Translations under genes and position numbers: made by a program | From: Octopus sinensis | Lineage: Eukaryota | Length of the DNA stretch: 64,000 bases | Assembly (NCBI RefSeq): GCF_006345805.1 | Contig: NW_021833429.1 | Span: forward strand, 11,374 to 75,373 | Reading direction: 5' to 3' | In this document: piece after piece, positions 1 to 14,798 of the stretch | How positions within the stretch are numbered: the first letter of the stretch is position 1 | Layout: every line of letters starts with the position of its first letter | The notes under the pieces: generated by a model | Seen by the model: only the letters and a program-made list of their open reading frames with translations | Databases searched by the model: none | What the model was told of the DNA's origin: nothing

Positions 1-1698
1 AAACACGTTAATGTACTCAGTCCTTCATACTTTTATACAGACATGATGGTCACAGCTGGAGTACCTTTGAGCTAGGTTTGCTTATTGAAAACTGAAGTGG
101 TGCTTAGAAAAGTGAACGAAAAACCGAGATTCCATAGCAAAAACAGTTGCTAGAAAAAGCAGTCAAGTAACCTTTAAAGCGCACCTAAATGTCTTAAGAA
201 TAGACCTAACTCAAACATTTTAATCAGTTCTGTGTCTCTTTATAAAGAAGGGTCGATCGTAGCTGAAATATCTTTGATCATAGGCCTGCCCAGTCGGGGG
301 CTGGCGACCTTTTGCTAAATAACAGCAACATTAATAACAGCAACGCGAACAACAATACTATTTCGTATTGGTGTGAAACAAAACCTATAAACCAATCAGT
401 CCCTCATCAATTGTGTATTGGATAAAAGTTAAGATTGAAGAATTAATTCCCCATAATTTGGTTGCTAATAACAGAGTCTTTGTCGAAGAGGAGGCGTAGC
501 CATGATGTTAGCCATTTTAATATCTGAATATTGGACTTGGCACATAGGAATTACATGTATACATGGCAATTAGATTTCATTTCCTTACTACTATTAAAGA
601 TATCGATCTTGACAATTGATTGAACACCGAGTGGTAGATGGCGTTGGTGGTGATTGGCGATGATTGGTGGTTGGCAATGGTGGCGAGAGTGATTGATTCT
701 TGTGAGGGCAATGATGATGGTGGTGATGCTGGAGATGTCGATTGTTATGGCAGTGATGATGGTGGTGGAGGTGATGGTGGTGGTGGTTGTTATGAGGATG
801 TTCATTGTGATTGTGTTGGTGATGATGATGGTGATAGTGTTGTGACGTTTATTGCAATGTTTTCAGTGTTGGTTCTTACTGAGGTGATGATGATGATGAG
901 AGTGGTGATTGAGATGGTGGTCAGAGTGAGTACGATGTTAATGATGCAGATGATGATTGTTGTATTGATGATCATGATGATAATTGTGCTTACGATGATG
1001 ATGATGATGATGATAATAAAATAGTTCTGATTGACTAAATGCCGTTGATGGTTAATGGTTGATGATTTTTTATGTAAGCTGGCTTTTATCGTTGGTGGTG
1101 TTTAATGTCAGATGGCTGATGTTGTTAGTGGTGATGACTGGTGATAGGTGATTATTGATAAAAGATTGGTGATCGATGGCTCGTGTTGGTCGGTGGTCGA
1201 TGCTTATTATTTTTACTGCTGTTGCTAATTAACCCTAGGTGGCAGCAGTTATGTAAGTGGCGGTAGTGGAAGTGGCGGGAGAGGTGATAGTGTTTATGGT
1301 GATAAACTTCGTTATCGTCGAAATGGTGTTTCTGATCTCGCTCGGGATAGAGGGTACTTAATTTTGAGTCACAGGGGCTACATGTTGTGCCAGATAACTA
1401 AACCTTCATTTACACGCACACACAAGTTACTATTCTTTATCCTCACGCTTCAAATTCCTTTTACCCCTCCAGGTTCACTTCCGATTCACTACTTCCGTTT
1501 CCTACTTGCTACCCCTACCTTATTCTCCTGCCTTATACTTACCTTTCTCACTTAACAAATCATGTGAATGACTTGTGGCATACGTGTTGATGATGATTAT
1601 GATGATGATAAAAGTGATGATGTTGATTTATATGTGAGTCTGTGCGCGCTAGAATAGTATATTTTATACGAAACATCGTGAATTGCAATGGATATATA

Positions 1699-1743
<45 letters not shown>

Positions 1744-1877
1744 GAGCAAAAATACTGGAGATTCAGCATACACTATGTAGCAAAATTGAGTTGAAAAGAT
1801 GTGGGAAACATGTTAAACGAAGGCATTTCTCTTCCACTTTTTATATAAATGTTTTCCACATATTTTCAACTATAAGA

Positions 1878-2120
1878 TTGTCCCAAAGGAGATCAAAGAG
1901 GAAAAGGATCCCATCACCTTTAAACGGAATCTGGACAGATTTCTTCAAAGAATACCGGATAAGCCACCCATACCAGGATACAACTCACTCAACAAGAACT
2001 CACTACTTGAATGGACCATAAACAAAACTTGACATAAACAGGATTTAGATAATCCTATCAGGTAGTGCTATTAAGTTAGACATGGCCTGGACCAATCTTT
2101 GGTCGAAACATATCTAAGTT

Positions 2121-2124
<4 letters not shown>
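1878..2124 (+). mobile_element. CR1/L2-group LINE 3' end
   Basis: IVPKEIKEEKDPITFKRNLDRFLQRIPDKPPIPGYNSLNKNSLLEWTINKT* (stop 2030-2032) fits the FKxxLDxFLxxIPDxP...GY...NSL C-terminal pattern; short 3' UTR ending in (TA)n. Confidence 0.75.
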
Positions 2125-2208
<84 letters not shown>

Positions 2209-2436
2209 AATACAAACTGGGACAAGAACGCAAAACATTTAGAAGACGATACAAAAAACACGGGCGGGACATTCGAAGCTTTCAATCTTCAGTCAAGAAC
2301 CGGATCATCCTCGCAATTTCGGCTGGTTAATCTTGAGATTGCTCCAATCTGGCCAGCCCCAGATGCTTCGAATGTATACAAAACAAAGACGGAAAAACGG
2401 ACGATGTTACACGAATATGAATGCAAAAGTAAAAAC

Positions 2437-2471
<35 letters not shown>

Positions 2472-2876
2472 GTAAAAACAATGATAATAATAATAACAAA
2501 AACAGGACGTCACAAACAGGTGTCTTTCGACAGGACGAGTAAACTTGAGCTGGCGTGCTAGGAATTTGTCTTAGGGCAGAGAGAGAAAAAATGAGTGTTG
2601 CCGTGACGACTGCTAGACTCGAAAGAGCAGCAGTCGGTCAGTCAGTCACGTGTGAGGAGAAGAGAGAGGAAAAGGGGGCAGAGGAATTAAGGAGGGGGAG
2701 AAGAGAGAAAAAGGGGAACAAGGAATTAAGGAGGAGGAGAAGAGAGAGAGAGCGAGAAAGAGACAGATCAAAGTGAAGTGCAAAGTATGAAAGGCAGAGA
2801 AATGTAGGAGAGGGGGAGAAGCAGTGTTATAGAGTTGTACCAAGTTTAGAGAATATGTACTTACATATAAGACAAA

Positions 2877-2928
<52 letters not shown>

Positions 2929-3556
2929 AGTATGCCCTGACGCAGTATTCGCTACCAGATATACACGACACAGTCTTGTTCAATATTCTACTCCTATAGC
3001 GTGTTGCGTTATAACCGTATTATCCAAACAGGACATCTCACTTACAACGACTGAAGATGATAATATTTGCGTAAAAATTTGCTGCGTAACCACTTGAAAC
3101 GTGTGTATTAAATGCATTCGAGATATTAGCAATTGGTTTTGTGGTTACTCTAACACGCGCGCGCGCTAAGAATATACTGTTCAGCCATCGTAAGTAGCAA
3201 AAGTAACATGTGACCTGAAACAGAATTGGGAACCAGCGAAACCTGAAAATCATTTACGTTCCCGATAGCATGAAATTATTAGCAGCACAGTTACCACAAC
3301 ACTACACCACTACTACCATTTCACAAAAGCCATCACTACATTAATACTATATACATATCTGCGCTACCACAATACCACAGCCACAAAGTTACATTAGTAC
3401 TACACCAACACTACCACAACACTAACCTATACCGTGTGTATGTGTGTCTAAGTGTGATTGCGTGTGTATGAGTGTGAATGTGTGTGCGTGCTTGTGTGCT
3501 CTGTATGTGTGAGTGTATGTTTGTTTGTGTGTGTGTGTGTGTGTGTGTGTGCGTGC

Positions 3557-3587
<31 letters not shown>

Positions 3588-4621
3588 TGTGTGTGCTCCA
3601 GGAAATTCATTTATTCATTATGAATCAACGAAAAGTCTTGAAGTCATTCGATCTGCTAGAAATAAAACAAAATTCCGTTCAAATCACGCCCTACAATCTT
3701 AAAATTAAAAGTCAAACGGGTGTATGAAATACATACCGCACGCCTGCTTAATATTATCCTCTTGAGAATACAGTGTTTAGGAGGAATAAAATGTGGAATG
3801 GTCATAGCTGGAACGCTACTGGGACTAAACAACAGCCAATATACAATCCTTCATCTTAAAGACTTCTTGTCACGCCTAGATATTTCCTTTGCAGATAATT
3901 TCTTTCTCTTTTACTTGTTTTGTACCCATAAAATAGTTCACAGCACCGCGATAATAACTAGAACAAGAACATCAATAACAACAACAACACCACCAGCTAT
4001 GACAATAATAACGATAACACCAACATCACCGCAATAACAACAGCAATAACAATAACGACGACGACAAAAGCGCCAAAGAGCAAAAGCAGTACAAGAATAG
4101 GGCGAGGAGAGGTGCGGTGGGTGGAAACATGATGGCGTAGCTGCTGCTGCTGCTGCTGCTGCTGCTGAGGTGGCGGTGGTGGAGAAAGCGGCGGCGGTTG
4201 CTAGCTAAAGAAATTCCAGAGCAGCAGTTAAGAACGAAACAGAACATTGAAGGGAAAAACCACACCCCACCGCCATTACCGACTATTCGTCCTCTCGCCA
4301 CCATCCCCAACACACATACACGTCCTTATTCCCACAACTATTTATTCCTCTCCTCACCCCTGCCATCTACCCGCCAACCCCCACACCCCCACCTATTTCT
4401 CATATTTGCCATCTTCAGAAGCTGTTCCTCTTTCTTACTTCGCTCCTGTCAATGTGGTTATTGCTGTTTATTGTTGTTGTCGTTGTTGTTATTGTTATAG
4501 CCGTAATCGTCGTCATCGTGGCCTCCATCCCCCCACACGCCTTCCACCCCTGTGGCGTGGTACACCCACCACCACAACCACTACCATTACTTCAACATGG
4601 CTTTACAACTACCACTGCGAC

Positions 4622-4829
4622 GGCAGAATCGTTAGCAAACCGGACAAAACGCTTAGCGGCATTTCGTCTGTCCTTACATTCTGAGTTCAGATTCCGCCGA
4701 AGTTAGACTTCGCCTTTTATTCTTTCGGCGTCGATAAATTAAGTACCAGTGAAACACTGGGGTCGATGTAACCGATTACCCTCCTCTCCCAAAACTCCAG
4801 ACCTCGTGCCTTTAGTAGAAAGGATTATT
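4622..4829 (+). mobile_element. tRNA-derived SINE family A (monomer)
   Basis: GGCAGAATCGTTAGCA (A box) ... GAGTTCAGATTCC (B box) ... TCTTTCGGCGTCGATAAATTAAGTACCAG core ... GTGCCTTTAGTAGAAAGGATTATT tail. Confidence 0.85.
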
Positions 4830-5035
4830 TTGTTTTTGTTTTTTTCTTTTAACTTTTGCATACTATGTGAACGTCTCTTCCTTTTCATTGTATACCTTTT
4901 TTGATAATTATTTTATCATTCCATTATATGTAAACCCCCACACTTTATGTCTGTCTTTGTATTGTCCCCCTCATCTTTCGCCCTGGTGGCACAATTATTA
5001 TTATTATTATTATTATTGTTGTTATTATTATTGAT

Positions 5036-5314
5036 GTGGTGAGGTGGCAGAATCGTTAGCACGCTGGACGAAGTGCTCATCGGTGTTTCGCCCGTCGCTA
5101 CGTTCTGAATTCAAATTCCGCCGAGGTCGACTTAAGCGCCTCCCCCTATTGGGAGTTTTAATTGTTACTTATTTTTCGTTGTTATCCTGCTTTTGTACAC
5201 GGACTTTTTCAAACGGACAAAACCCTTTGTAACTTTCGTCCTGTGTTTTGTCCCTTTATGTTTTAATTGATTTTTGTTAACCCTTGTGGCCGATAAGCGA
5301 ACGAATTATTATTA

Positions 5315-5390
<76 letters not shown>

Positions 5391-5790
5391 CATCATCATC
5401 ATTTCAACGGCTTTATCCGCCACTTTTCAACCTCCGCCGCTGCTTTCTGAGTTCAAATTCCACCGAGGTCGACTTTGCCGTTCATCCTTTCAGGGTCGAT
5501 AAATTAAGTACCAGTTACGCACTGGGGTCGATGTAATCGACTTGATACGTTTATCTGTCCTTGTTTGTCCCCTGTGTTTAGCCCCTTGTGGGTAGTAAAG
5601 AAATAGGTATTTCGTCTGCCGCTACGTTCTAAGTTCACATTCCGCCGAGATCGACTTTGCCTTTCATCCTTTGAGGGCTGATTAAATAAGTACAAGTTAT
5701 GCACTGGGGTCGATGTAATCGACTTAATCCCTTTGTCTGTCCTTATTTGTCCCCTCTATGTTTAGCCTCCTGCGGGCAATAAAGACAAAT
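5036..5790 (+). mobile_element. SINE family A head fragment plus internal tandem units (period 182)
   Basis: Head at 5036-5145, (ATT)n tract, then core repeats with CCGAG(G/A)TCGAC at 5463 and 5645. Confidence 0.85.
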
Positions 5791-6004
5791 ATTTGCATGG
5801 TTTCCTTAATATATAGCTATGTTTGGCCCCTCCACTTGCAACCTTTAATATCTTTAGTGGAGTTCAGTCTACTACAACCATTCAGGTCAGGCCTACTATC
5901 TGAGGAACCCTTTCCCCTTTTTTCTAGCCTTGGAATTTCATGTAATGAAGTTAAGGGCACTGCTCTTCCCTCCTGACAAGAAAATACAAAATAGTAACCA
6001 TCAG

Positions 6005-6610
6005 CGCGGGAGTTGCTGCGTGGTTAACAAGCTTGCTCCCCAGTAATGTGTTCTTGGGTTCAGTTCCACAACGTGACACCTCCGCCTAGTGTCTTCTTCT
6101 ATAACCCTGGGCAGACCAGAGCCGTGTAATGAATTTATTACACGGAAACTGAAAGACGCCCCTCAAATACACACACACGTACACTTGTTAATATCGAAGC
6201 AGTGAGAATGGGTACCACATACCGCATTGGAGGATAAATATTTCTTTATTTGTGGGTTAATAAGGCGACCAATGGTTTCATGTGAAGAGGAAGCTCATAA
6301 AAATTTTCAAGCCTGTCGCATGGGAACGTTGGTACTCGTCACCATTTTGGAGGAGAACGCATATAAATATTCGTGTGTGTCTTTGCGTTTGTCGCACCAC
6401 CACCGCTTGACAACCAGTGTTGGTTTGTTTACATCCCTGTAACCTAGCGGTTCAGCAAAAGAGACAAGAGAATAAGTTATCAGGCTTTAAAAATAATTAA
6501 AAATAAAACTGCTGGCGATTTGTTCGACTAAAATCCCTTCAAGACGGTGTTCCAGTATGGCCGCACTCCAATCATTGAAACAAGATAAAAGCAAAGAAAC
6601 CTCCCACGTA
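6005..6610 (+). mobile_element. SINE family B, decayed, with an insert of about 170 bp
   Basis: Head near 6005-6165, tail near 6395-6610 (CCGCTTGACAACC...CAGTATGGCCGCA). Confidence 0.7.
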
Positions 6611-8815
6611 TCACCCCACCACCACCATCGTCTTAGGCAATATGCTCCCTGTTGTAAAAAGGAAAAAGGCGGAATAGTCATGGCTGGCATGTCTTTGATT
6701 ATACGTGTGCCTTTTAGGGTTTAACTAAGGATTAAACTACCGCGACAACTACACACCACCTCTACTACATCCCATGTCATATATGACTACTGTCGACTGA
6801 CGATCGAGGTCTTTCTTTCTTGCTAGATTTGTTAGAAGTAGCAGCTAAATTCCCCTCAGATCATTCACTGTTGCCTTTGTAAAGGTCACGTAAAATAATG
6901 TGGTCTTGCGGTTCCCCCCTAATTGTAGGGCTGCTGGATCACGGTTGAGCTGTGATTGAAGGCCAGCAGCCGCAGCTACAGCAGCAGCAGCAGCAGCAAC
7001 AACATCAACAACAGTATAAGCCTTACAATGCAGACTATTGGACCATCAGCAACATCGCCACCATCACAGCACCAAGAACAAACAACAACAAAACAGCAAA
7101 ACCTTTACAAAAACAAGGTCTATACCATACAGAACAATTAGATAAATGATGACAATCGGTGACAAGGTCGTGGCTAGAACGATTTTAACTATAGACTGAG
7201 ATGTGGTGTGTGGTAAAGATGGTATGAAGTGATCTTAGTTGCTTAGTCACAGGCAAACATTGAGAGCCGACCAAGGGTTAAACAGCAACAACAACGAACA
7301 AACCACCATTACTACCACCACTACCACCACCTCCTACTACCACCGACACAACTGCTACTACTACAATCACCACCACAGCAACCATCACATTATAAACTTA
7401 CAACCACTACCACTACCACCAATACAGCACCACCCTTGTTATTATTATTATTATTATGATTATTATTATTACGATAAATATCTACTACTACCGCTACCAC
7501 TAGCACAAGAACCACAATTTTCACCACTGCCAACATACAAACACCTTCACTACCAATACCACTGGTTATACCACTGCCAGCACTAACATTGCCACTAGCA
7601 CCCCAGTTTATAGTAGCTCCGCCGCCGCCGAACTGCCATCACTACCACCACTGACAACCACCACCTATACAACATTGGCATCAAAAGCGTTATCACCATC
7701 ATCATCATCGTTAACGTGAGCAGCGGCGGTGGTTGTGGTGATGGCGGCGGCGCAATGGCAGCAGTGGCAGCAGCAGCAGCATCAGGCAACGTAGCCAAGT
7801 CAGCATCTTCATCATCGTCACCATCTCCCCCATCACTATTGATGACAGCGTCAGCGGCACCAAAACAAGCAGCAGCAGCAGCAGCCACATTCCACGCATT
7901 CTCTCTGACCAAGAAAGAGTCGATAGCAAGTAAAATTACGATATTGTAACAACAACAACAACAGCTGCATCAATAACAGCAGCAGCAGAAGCAGCAGCAA
8001 TAATAACTGCAATGGTATTAACAGTGACAGCAGCAGCAATAAAACCTGCAACCGCAGCGATACCGACAGCAGCCTAACAACAGCGACTGCAACTTTATTA
8101 GGTGCAGCAGTAACAACGACAGCAACTGTAACAGCAAAAAGCAAATGTTTCCTTTTAACATTAGCAATAACAAAGTCAATAACAGTACTGTAGCAGTGAC
8201 TGTAACATCAGTGACACGGCAATGACAGCAGTGTGACTACAACGGCGGCACTGTATCAACTGCAGCAGTGTAACAACGACAATTGTACAGTAACAGAACA
8301 GGCGCGCTGTAACAATAATAGCACTGTAACAAGAACGGAGGCAGCGTAACAATAGCGTTTTACAATAATGCTGTGACAACAATAGCAGTGTGACAAAAAC
8401 AGACACAGTAACACAATAGCTCAGTAACAACAAATGTGACTAGAACAGTTACAAAAGAATTGTAACAACAGCATCTTGCAAATAGCGTTGTAACAGCAAT
8501 AGCACTGTGACAAAAACAGTAACACAATATCACAGGAACAAAAGCTGTGACTAGAGCTGTTACAAAGAATAACATAAATGAATAACATGGGACAGATGTT
8601 GTTATGACCGTAGCTGCAATTGCTAAATAATAACTGATGTAACTAAATTGAAACAACAGCAAAAATAGCTGTTGTAACAAGGGACTTAATAAATAATGAG
8701 ATCAGAAACAATGGGGAAACGTGTAGTAATAATGGCGTAAATATCCACAGTAAACAACAATAGCAAGCAGAGCGCCATCTGTAAGAAGAATAGTCGCATC
8801 AGCAACAGCAGTAGT

Positions 8816-9250
8816 GTGGAGGCGCAATGGCTCAGTTGTTAGGGCAGCGGACTCGCGGTCGTAAGAACGCGGTTTCGATTCCCAGACCGAGCATTGTGTT
8901 TATTGAGCAAAAAATACCTAAGCTCCATGGGGCCTCGGTGTGTGTGGGGGGTCCCCGCTGTACTCTTTCACCACAACTTTCTCTCACTCTTTCTTCCTAC
9001 TTCTGCCACAAAGCAGAGGAACTATGGGGTAACCCACTATGGTGTGGTAAACTTTCAGACTCTAGTCTAGATTGCGAATCCTCTGTACCCCAGGATGGTT
9101 CATCTCCCCACCCGTTAAAAGCCACCGTTTACGGAATGAGGATAACAACGTAGCTTTCGCGCCCGTGCAACAACCAGTCTATCGCGTGTGGTGGGTGGTT
9201 CTTCAAGTTGCCACACGCATTCTTAGTAGCTTAGAGTAGGCTCGAATTAG
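8816..9250 (+). mobile_element. tRNA-headed SINE with a different body
   Basis: GTGGAGGCGCAATGGCTCAGTTGTTAG (A box) ... GTTTCGATTCCC (B box) ... TTGAGCAAAAAATAC; body unlike families A and B. Confidence 0.7.
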
Positions 9251-10712
9251 AGATTATTCTTTGAGTCCTGATTAAAAGAAGAAGAAGACGGCAGCAGTAA
9301 CGGTAATAACAATATTAAGAGGACCTGTAAAATGAACAGTAAAAACAAAAGCAGCAAGTGTAGCGATTGCAGTAACATGAAGAATAACAAAAATATAAAC
9401 ACGAGCAGTTGCAACAACAAGATCAGATACAAGAGGAAGAGAAGAGAGGATGAGAGCAGCTAGATTAGTAACGATAACAACAGGGATAGAATAACAGTGA
9501 TTATAAGAACTAGAGAGAATGACAACCATATGAAACAATGAAGCAACAGGGGTCCCTGTAGGCTTAGGGATGGCGGGGACCTAGTTTAGTGCAAGAGGGA
9601 TCGTTTGATATATATGTAAGCAAACCAAAAATAATAGACAAGATAAGACAACAAAAATCAGTCGGATGTGCAGAGTGAATGTATTAGATTGGCGCTCAGT
9701 GAACGTTTTAGATGGGAAAATAGGAGTAGAGGTGACGTTTCGGACATGGTTCTTCGTCGGAATGAGGGAAAGAGGAGAAAAAGTAGGAAGGAGTAGATAA
9801 TCCGGAGAATTGCGCGTGGGTCATTACATTGCCTCTGTGTGTGTGTGTGTGTGTGTGTGTATGTAGTTGATGTCATAAGAATTTACAAACTGTCGAGAGA
9901 ACGTGAAATAATGCTTTTTTAGAACAGAGAGCTATGAATAATAGCATGGATTGAAATAACTGGATTGAAAACCCTATTGAATAGAAGAGGTCTATTAGAG
10001 ATCTGCCCATGGGACACGAACCCACTTATCTTGTAGACACGACTTTGATATTTTTTCTCCAAAGGGTTTATCAGCTCAATATTTACATGCTTTTATTAAC
10101 ACAGAGAAGAACCGATCAGGGCACGTCGTCGAAAAGGTCGCAGACTTTGAAAAACGAACTTTGGGAAACCAACCAACTCAGTGAAGAAACCTATCGGTTA
10201 CTTCTTTAGTTAACTAAGAGCTTGGTTGTGAAAAATATTAATACAACTCCTTGGCGGCATGACCTTCACAATGTACAAATCACAGGCACTAAGAGAGTGT
10301 ACGCGTTCGTATATATACTGGTGTATGTGTGAAATGAAGAGACTACGAAGAAGACTCCAATAACAAACACTGAGAATGTGTGGCAGGGATGTATGTTTCC
10401 ATCCATCCAGCGGTGTAGCGGTTTCTTCGTGTTATCACAGTGGCAGCTGGAATGAGAGGTCAAAATACCGATCCCTGGTGACGCTGTGTTAACATAGGGA
10501 AACAGTTGTAACGTGTGTGTGTGTGAGTGTGTATAAAATTCTGGCTTAGAACTGTGGATCTCGAAGCATATAATTCTATAGATAACAGGATGTTAATATT
10601 GGGCTAAAAAATTCTTTTGATAGAAAAAGTCGAAAGCAACCTGCAGGACGCGAACCCACATCTGTAAACAACTTTATGCTTTATCTAAGACTTTTTTTAG
10701 CTCAATATTTAT

Positions 10713-11002
10713 CGTACGCGGACAGGATTCCCAATGCACTTTTGCCGAAGGAGAAAAAGCCGAAGCCAAGAAGCCCAACGGACAAAATAATAATAATAAA
10801 ATAAAAACCATTCCTGCCTACATAGTTTAATGACCAATTGACTAAATTAACAATTAAGATTTAACGAGCTTAAATTTTAATTTTCGTATGTCTTTTCGGT
10901 ATCTTGTCTGTTCGGCTTTATGTCTGTTCGGCTTTATGTCCGTTCGGCTTCATGGCTTCTTATTCTTCGACAAAAGTGCATTCAAGATTCCGTCCGTGTA
11001 CC
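10713..11002. mobile_element. MITE, 290 bp, 8-bp target duplication
   Basis: ATATTTAT at 10705-10712 and 11003-11010. Imperfect TIRs (C/G)GTAC(G/A)CGGAC...AATGCACTTTTG(C/T)CGAAG with subterminal AAGCCGAAC(G/A)GACA repeats. Confidence 0.85.
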
Positions 11003-12806
11003 ATATTTATACACTGTTATCTATATAGTTTCTTTGCTTCGAGATCCACAGTTCCAGAATAGGTAAAGAATTATTTCATATTCTGAATTCTTATGAATGC
11101 ACACACAAACACACATGTACGTACGCACGCACGCACACACACAGTCACGCGCATATACAAGCATGCGCACTACGGGCTTCGGTACAGTTTCTTCCTACCG
11201 AATTCCACCGACAAGTTCCTGTGTGGTCAGCCTGAGGCTTTGATGATAGGACACGTTTGCGTAACTTTCCACCGTACTTTCACTTCATCCGTTACCGATC
11301 ATCACGCAGCCAGTTTAACACAGTCATGCAATCAGGGCTTCTAGGATGCCTTTCGCAGAATCCTGGTTGTTTCAAGCACAGAGGCCATGTACCCCCTTTT
11401 CCCCCCAATAGTCACAAAACGTCATAAAAGGTGTCAAACAAGCTTCCTTCACAAAGCCACATGAAAACAATTTTAGTTTTTCGAAAATACTTCTTGCCTA
11501 GTTTTGAGCGTACAATATCGTTTAAGAGGATGATGATGATGATGATAATGATGAAATGGTGGTGCTGATGGTAGTTGCGTAAGTGATGATACTGGTTATT
11601 GTTGTGATGGTGATGCTGGTAGAGAAGGTGTGGTGGTGTTGGTGGAAATGTAAATAGTGGTGCGGTGATTCAGAAGATATTGATGGTAGTGGTGGTTGAG
11701 GCTGTTGATCTCGTTTTTTGTTTTTTGTGGAGCGGTGTTGAAGGCACTGGTGGTGGTGGCTGTATGAGTTGCGGTGCAGTTTGGCAGTTTGTTGTGGTTG
11801 CTGCTGTGGTGGTGGTGGTGGCGGTGGTGGTGATGTTAAGTTTTGCTGCAACATAGGAAAATTAGGTGAGCGCGCGCAAGTGCGTATGTTTATACGAGAA
11901 TGCATATCTATATACGAGTATGTATGTGTGTATATTCATATGTATTAGTGTGTGTGTGTATGTGTGTTCGGATTCCTATAACCTCGCGAATATGTATAAG
12001 GGGTGGGTGGGTGGGAAACCAAATGGGTCGTAGTAACAATTGATGTCGGTCGGTACGATACCGAACGGGGAGAGGGGGCAAGGAGCATGATGTAATAGCA
12101 GGGGGAGGGGGAAGGTGCTGCAAGCGGTTGGGGCGATGGGTACGGGGAAGGAATAATTGAGTCGGCGGCTTTTCCGGTTTATTTCAAGGAGTTCGATTTC
12201 CATTGTTCTATCATAATATTAAATGATAGCTTTCTATTATCTTAGCTGTTTGCTGCAGTTACAATAGCTAAAAATCATCATGGGTGTGGAGGGGGCGAAA
12301 TCTGTCCCCACACCATCACCACCACCACCACCACCACCACCACCACTATCATCATTACCACTACGGAAAACAATGACAGGAACCAATCAGGGAGCCAGTA
12401 CGAGGTCGATCGGCATGCAAGAAATAATAGCCACAAATCTGGCTCGGATTTGCGCTGTATTGTCTTGCAAAATAAATATATAAATAAGTTAATCAATTAA
12501 TTAAAAATGAAGGAAAAAAGTGGTTATATTTGTGAGGGTAGTCTTAGGTGCAATACGTCTGATTTAAAAAGACAGGATGGTCGTGGCTAGAGCGCCAAAC
12601 AACATCTATTATTGACGACGCCGCATTTACACTACCTTCAACAGACGACACACACCGATACAAATTCCAATACTACCAAAACCACCACCATCACCATCAC
12701 CACCACCACTACTACTACTACTACAACTACTACTAATTCTGCTGTCCTCTCCAACGCCAACACTATCACTCCGCCATCATTACTAATATTACTAAAAGTA
12801 TCATAC

Positions 12807-12871
<65 letters not shown>

Positions 12872-13090
12872 ACTACCACAACTACTACTACCACTAGTAC
12901 TGCCATCAATACAATCAACGCTACGACGACGACCACCACCACTACAACAGCTAACATTGCTACCACTGCTGCGGAGTTCTTGTGCTACTTCCCCAATTCC
13001 AGTGCACAAAACACCTCATTACCTTCCAAACCGGTACACGCACACACACACACACATATATATATATAAACCCACCCATAGACACTTATT

Positions 13091-13148
<58 letters not shown>

Positions 13149-13153
13149 TACAT

Positions 13154-13220
<67 letters not shown>

Positions 13221-14086
13221 TGTACGTATTTATGCACACACATACAAACATCTATGGAGAATGCATACACAAACAACCCATAAACATACGCATACATACA
13301 CTCACACACACACACACACACACCACATACATATTTACATGCACATAGCCACACACATACATGCATACGCTCATAGATCCATCCATCCATCCATCCATAC
13401 ATACATACATACATACATACATAATACATACCAGCACACATGCACGCCCCACCAAACACAAGTTATACCGACACAGTAATTCTGTCAAGCCTCGTAATAT
13501 TTGTGTCATGAGTCAGATAGACTGTCTGTCGTAGTAATAGTGGTGGTGGTGGTGGTGGGTGGTGGTGGTGGTGGTGGTGGTGGCGGTGCAGGCAGTGGTA
13601 GCAGTAGGAGTTGTGGGGAGGGGTGGTAGTGTGCATAGGTACATAGGGTTTATATACATACATATCATATACAAACATATATATACATACATATATATAT
13701 ATATATATTATATATATATATATGTATGTGTGTGTGTGGAGGCTTCCGTTCGTGCCACCGCCCCCTTTTTTTCATTTATTCTTGTATTCCTGACAGACCT
13801 TTCTCATTTCGAACACTTTCCTACACGCGCACACACACATACACACACAATCACACATGCACGCACGCACGCACACGCACAGACGAATACATTAAGCTCC
13901 AGCCTTTGTTTCAATCACCAGGATGCCCTAAATATGTGTGTTTGCGTGTGTGTGTGTTCACACACGTGGCTCTCATGCGTCTTTTGTTCTTTAACGAGCA
14001 ATCGCGCCATCTCTTTTTCTCTCTACATAAGCATCATGGAGGCTTTCATTTGCTTCCATTCTCTATTGCGATTTATATCTTATCAA

Positions 14087-14164
<78 letters not shown>

Positions 14165-14764
14165 TATATGAGTGTGTGTACCCAGACATACCCGTATCTA
14201 TGTATTTATCTAGCTATCCATCTAACCACCCCAATCTATCAGTATATATCGATTATATTTACCCAATGCTTTTCTCTTTGTGTGTGTGTATGCGTTGTGT
14301 GCATTGATATATATATGTGTGTGTGTGTGTGTGCATTATATATATGAGTGTGCGTGTGTATCGATCGAGCTATGTATCATATCTACCCATCTCTTTATCA
14401 ACATAGCTTTCTCTCTTTCTACACACACAAATGTAAACACACACGCACACACACACTCATACACACACACATGCGTGCGTGCGGGCGTCTGTATGCATTT
14501 GTGTATATAAGTGTGTGGGGTGGGGTGCAAGTGTGTGTGTGTGTGTGTGCTCTCTCCCTTCCTCTCTCTCATCTTCTCACTGTTACATCCTGATCCTGAC
14601 ATACTTTATGTCATATGACATACATATTACATAACTTCACAATTACTCTGACGCTCTTCCGAGTACATCCAGCTCGCCACCTCACACAACACCAGGCTTT
14701 TCCAACAGCCATACAATACCACTGTACACCCTCTACTTTTCTTAACTCTTGCCTTTCTCTCTCA

Positions 14765-14798
<34 letters not shown>

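Noticed and set aside
1225-1246. CTCF-like motif CCCTAGGTGGCAG (also partial matches near 8775 and 18945)
   Set aside because: Mismatches in the 5' core; such matches are expected by chance in 64 kb.
2085-2120. Hammerhead-like GGTCGAAACATATC in the LINE 3' UTR; similar partial motifs near 2280 and 3055-3110
   Set aside because: The CUGANGA box or the GAAA box and helices are missing or too degenerate.
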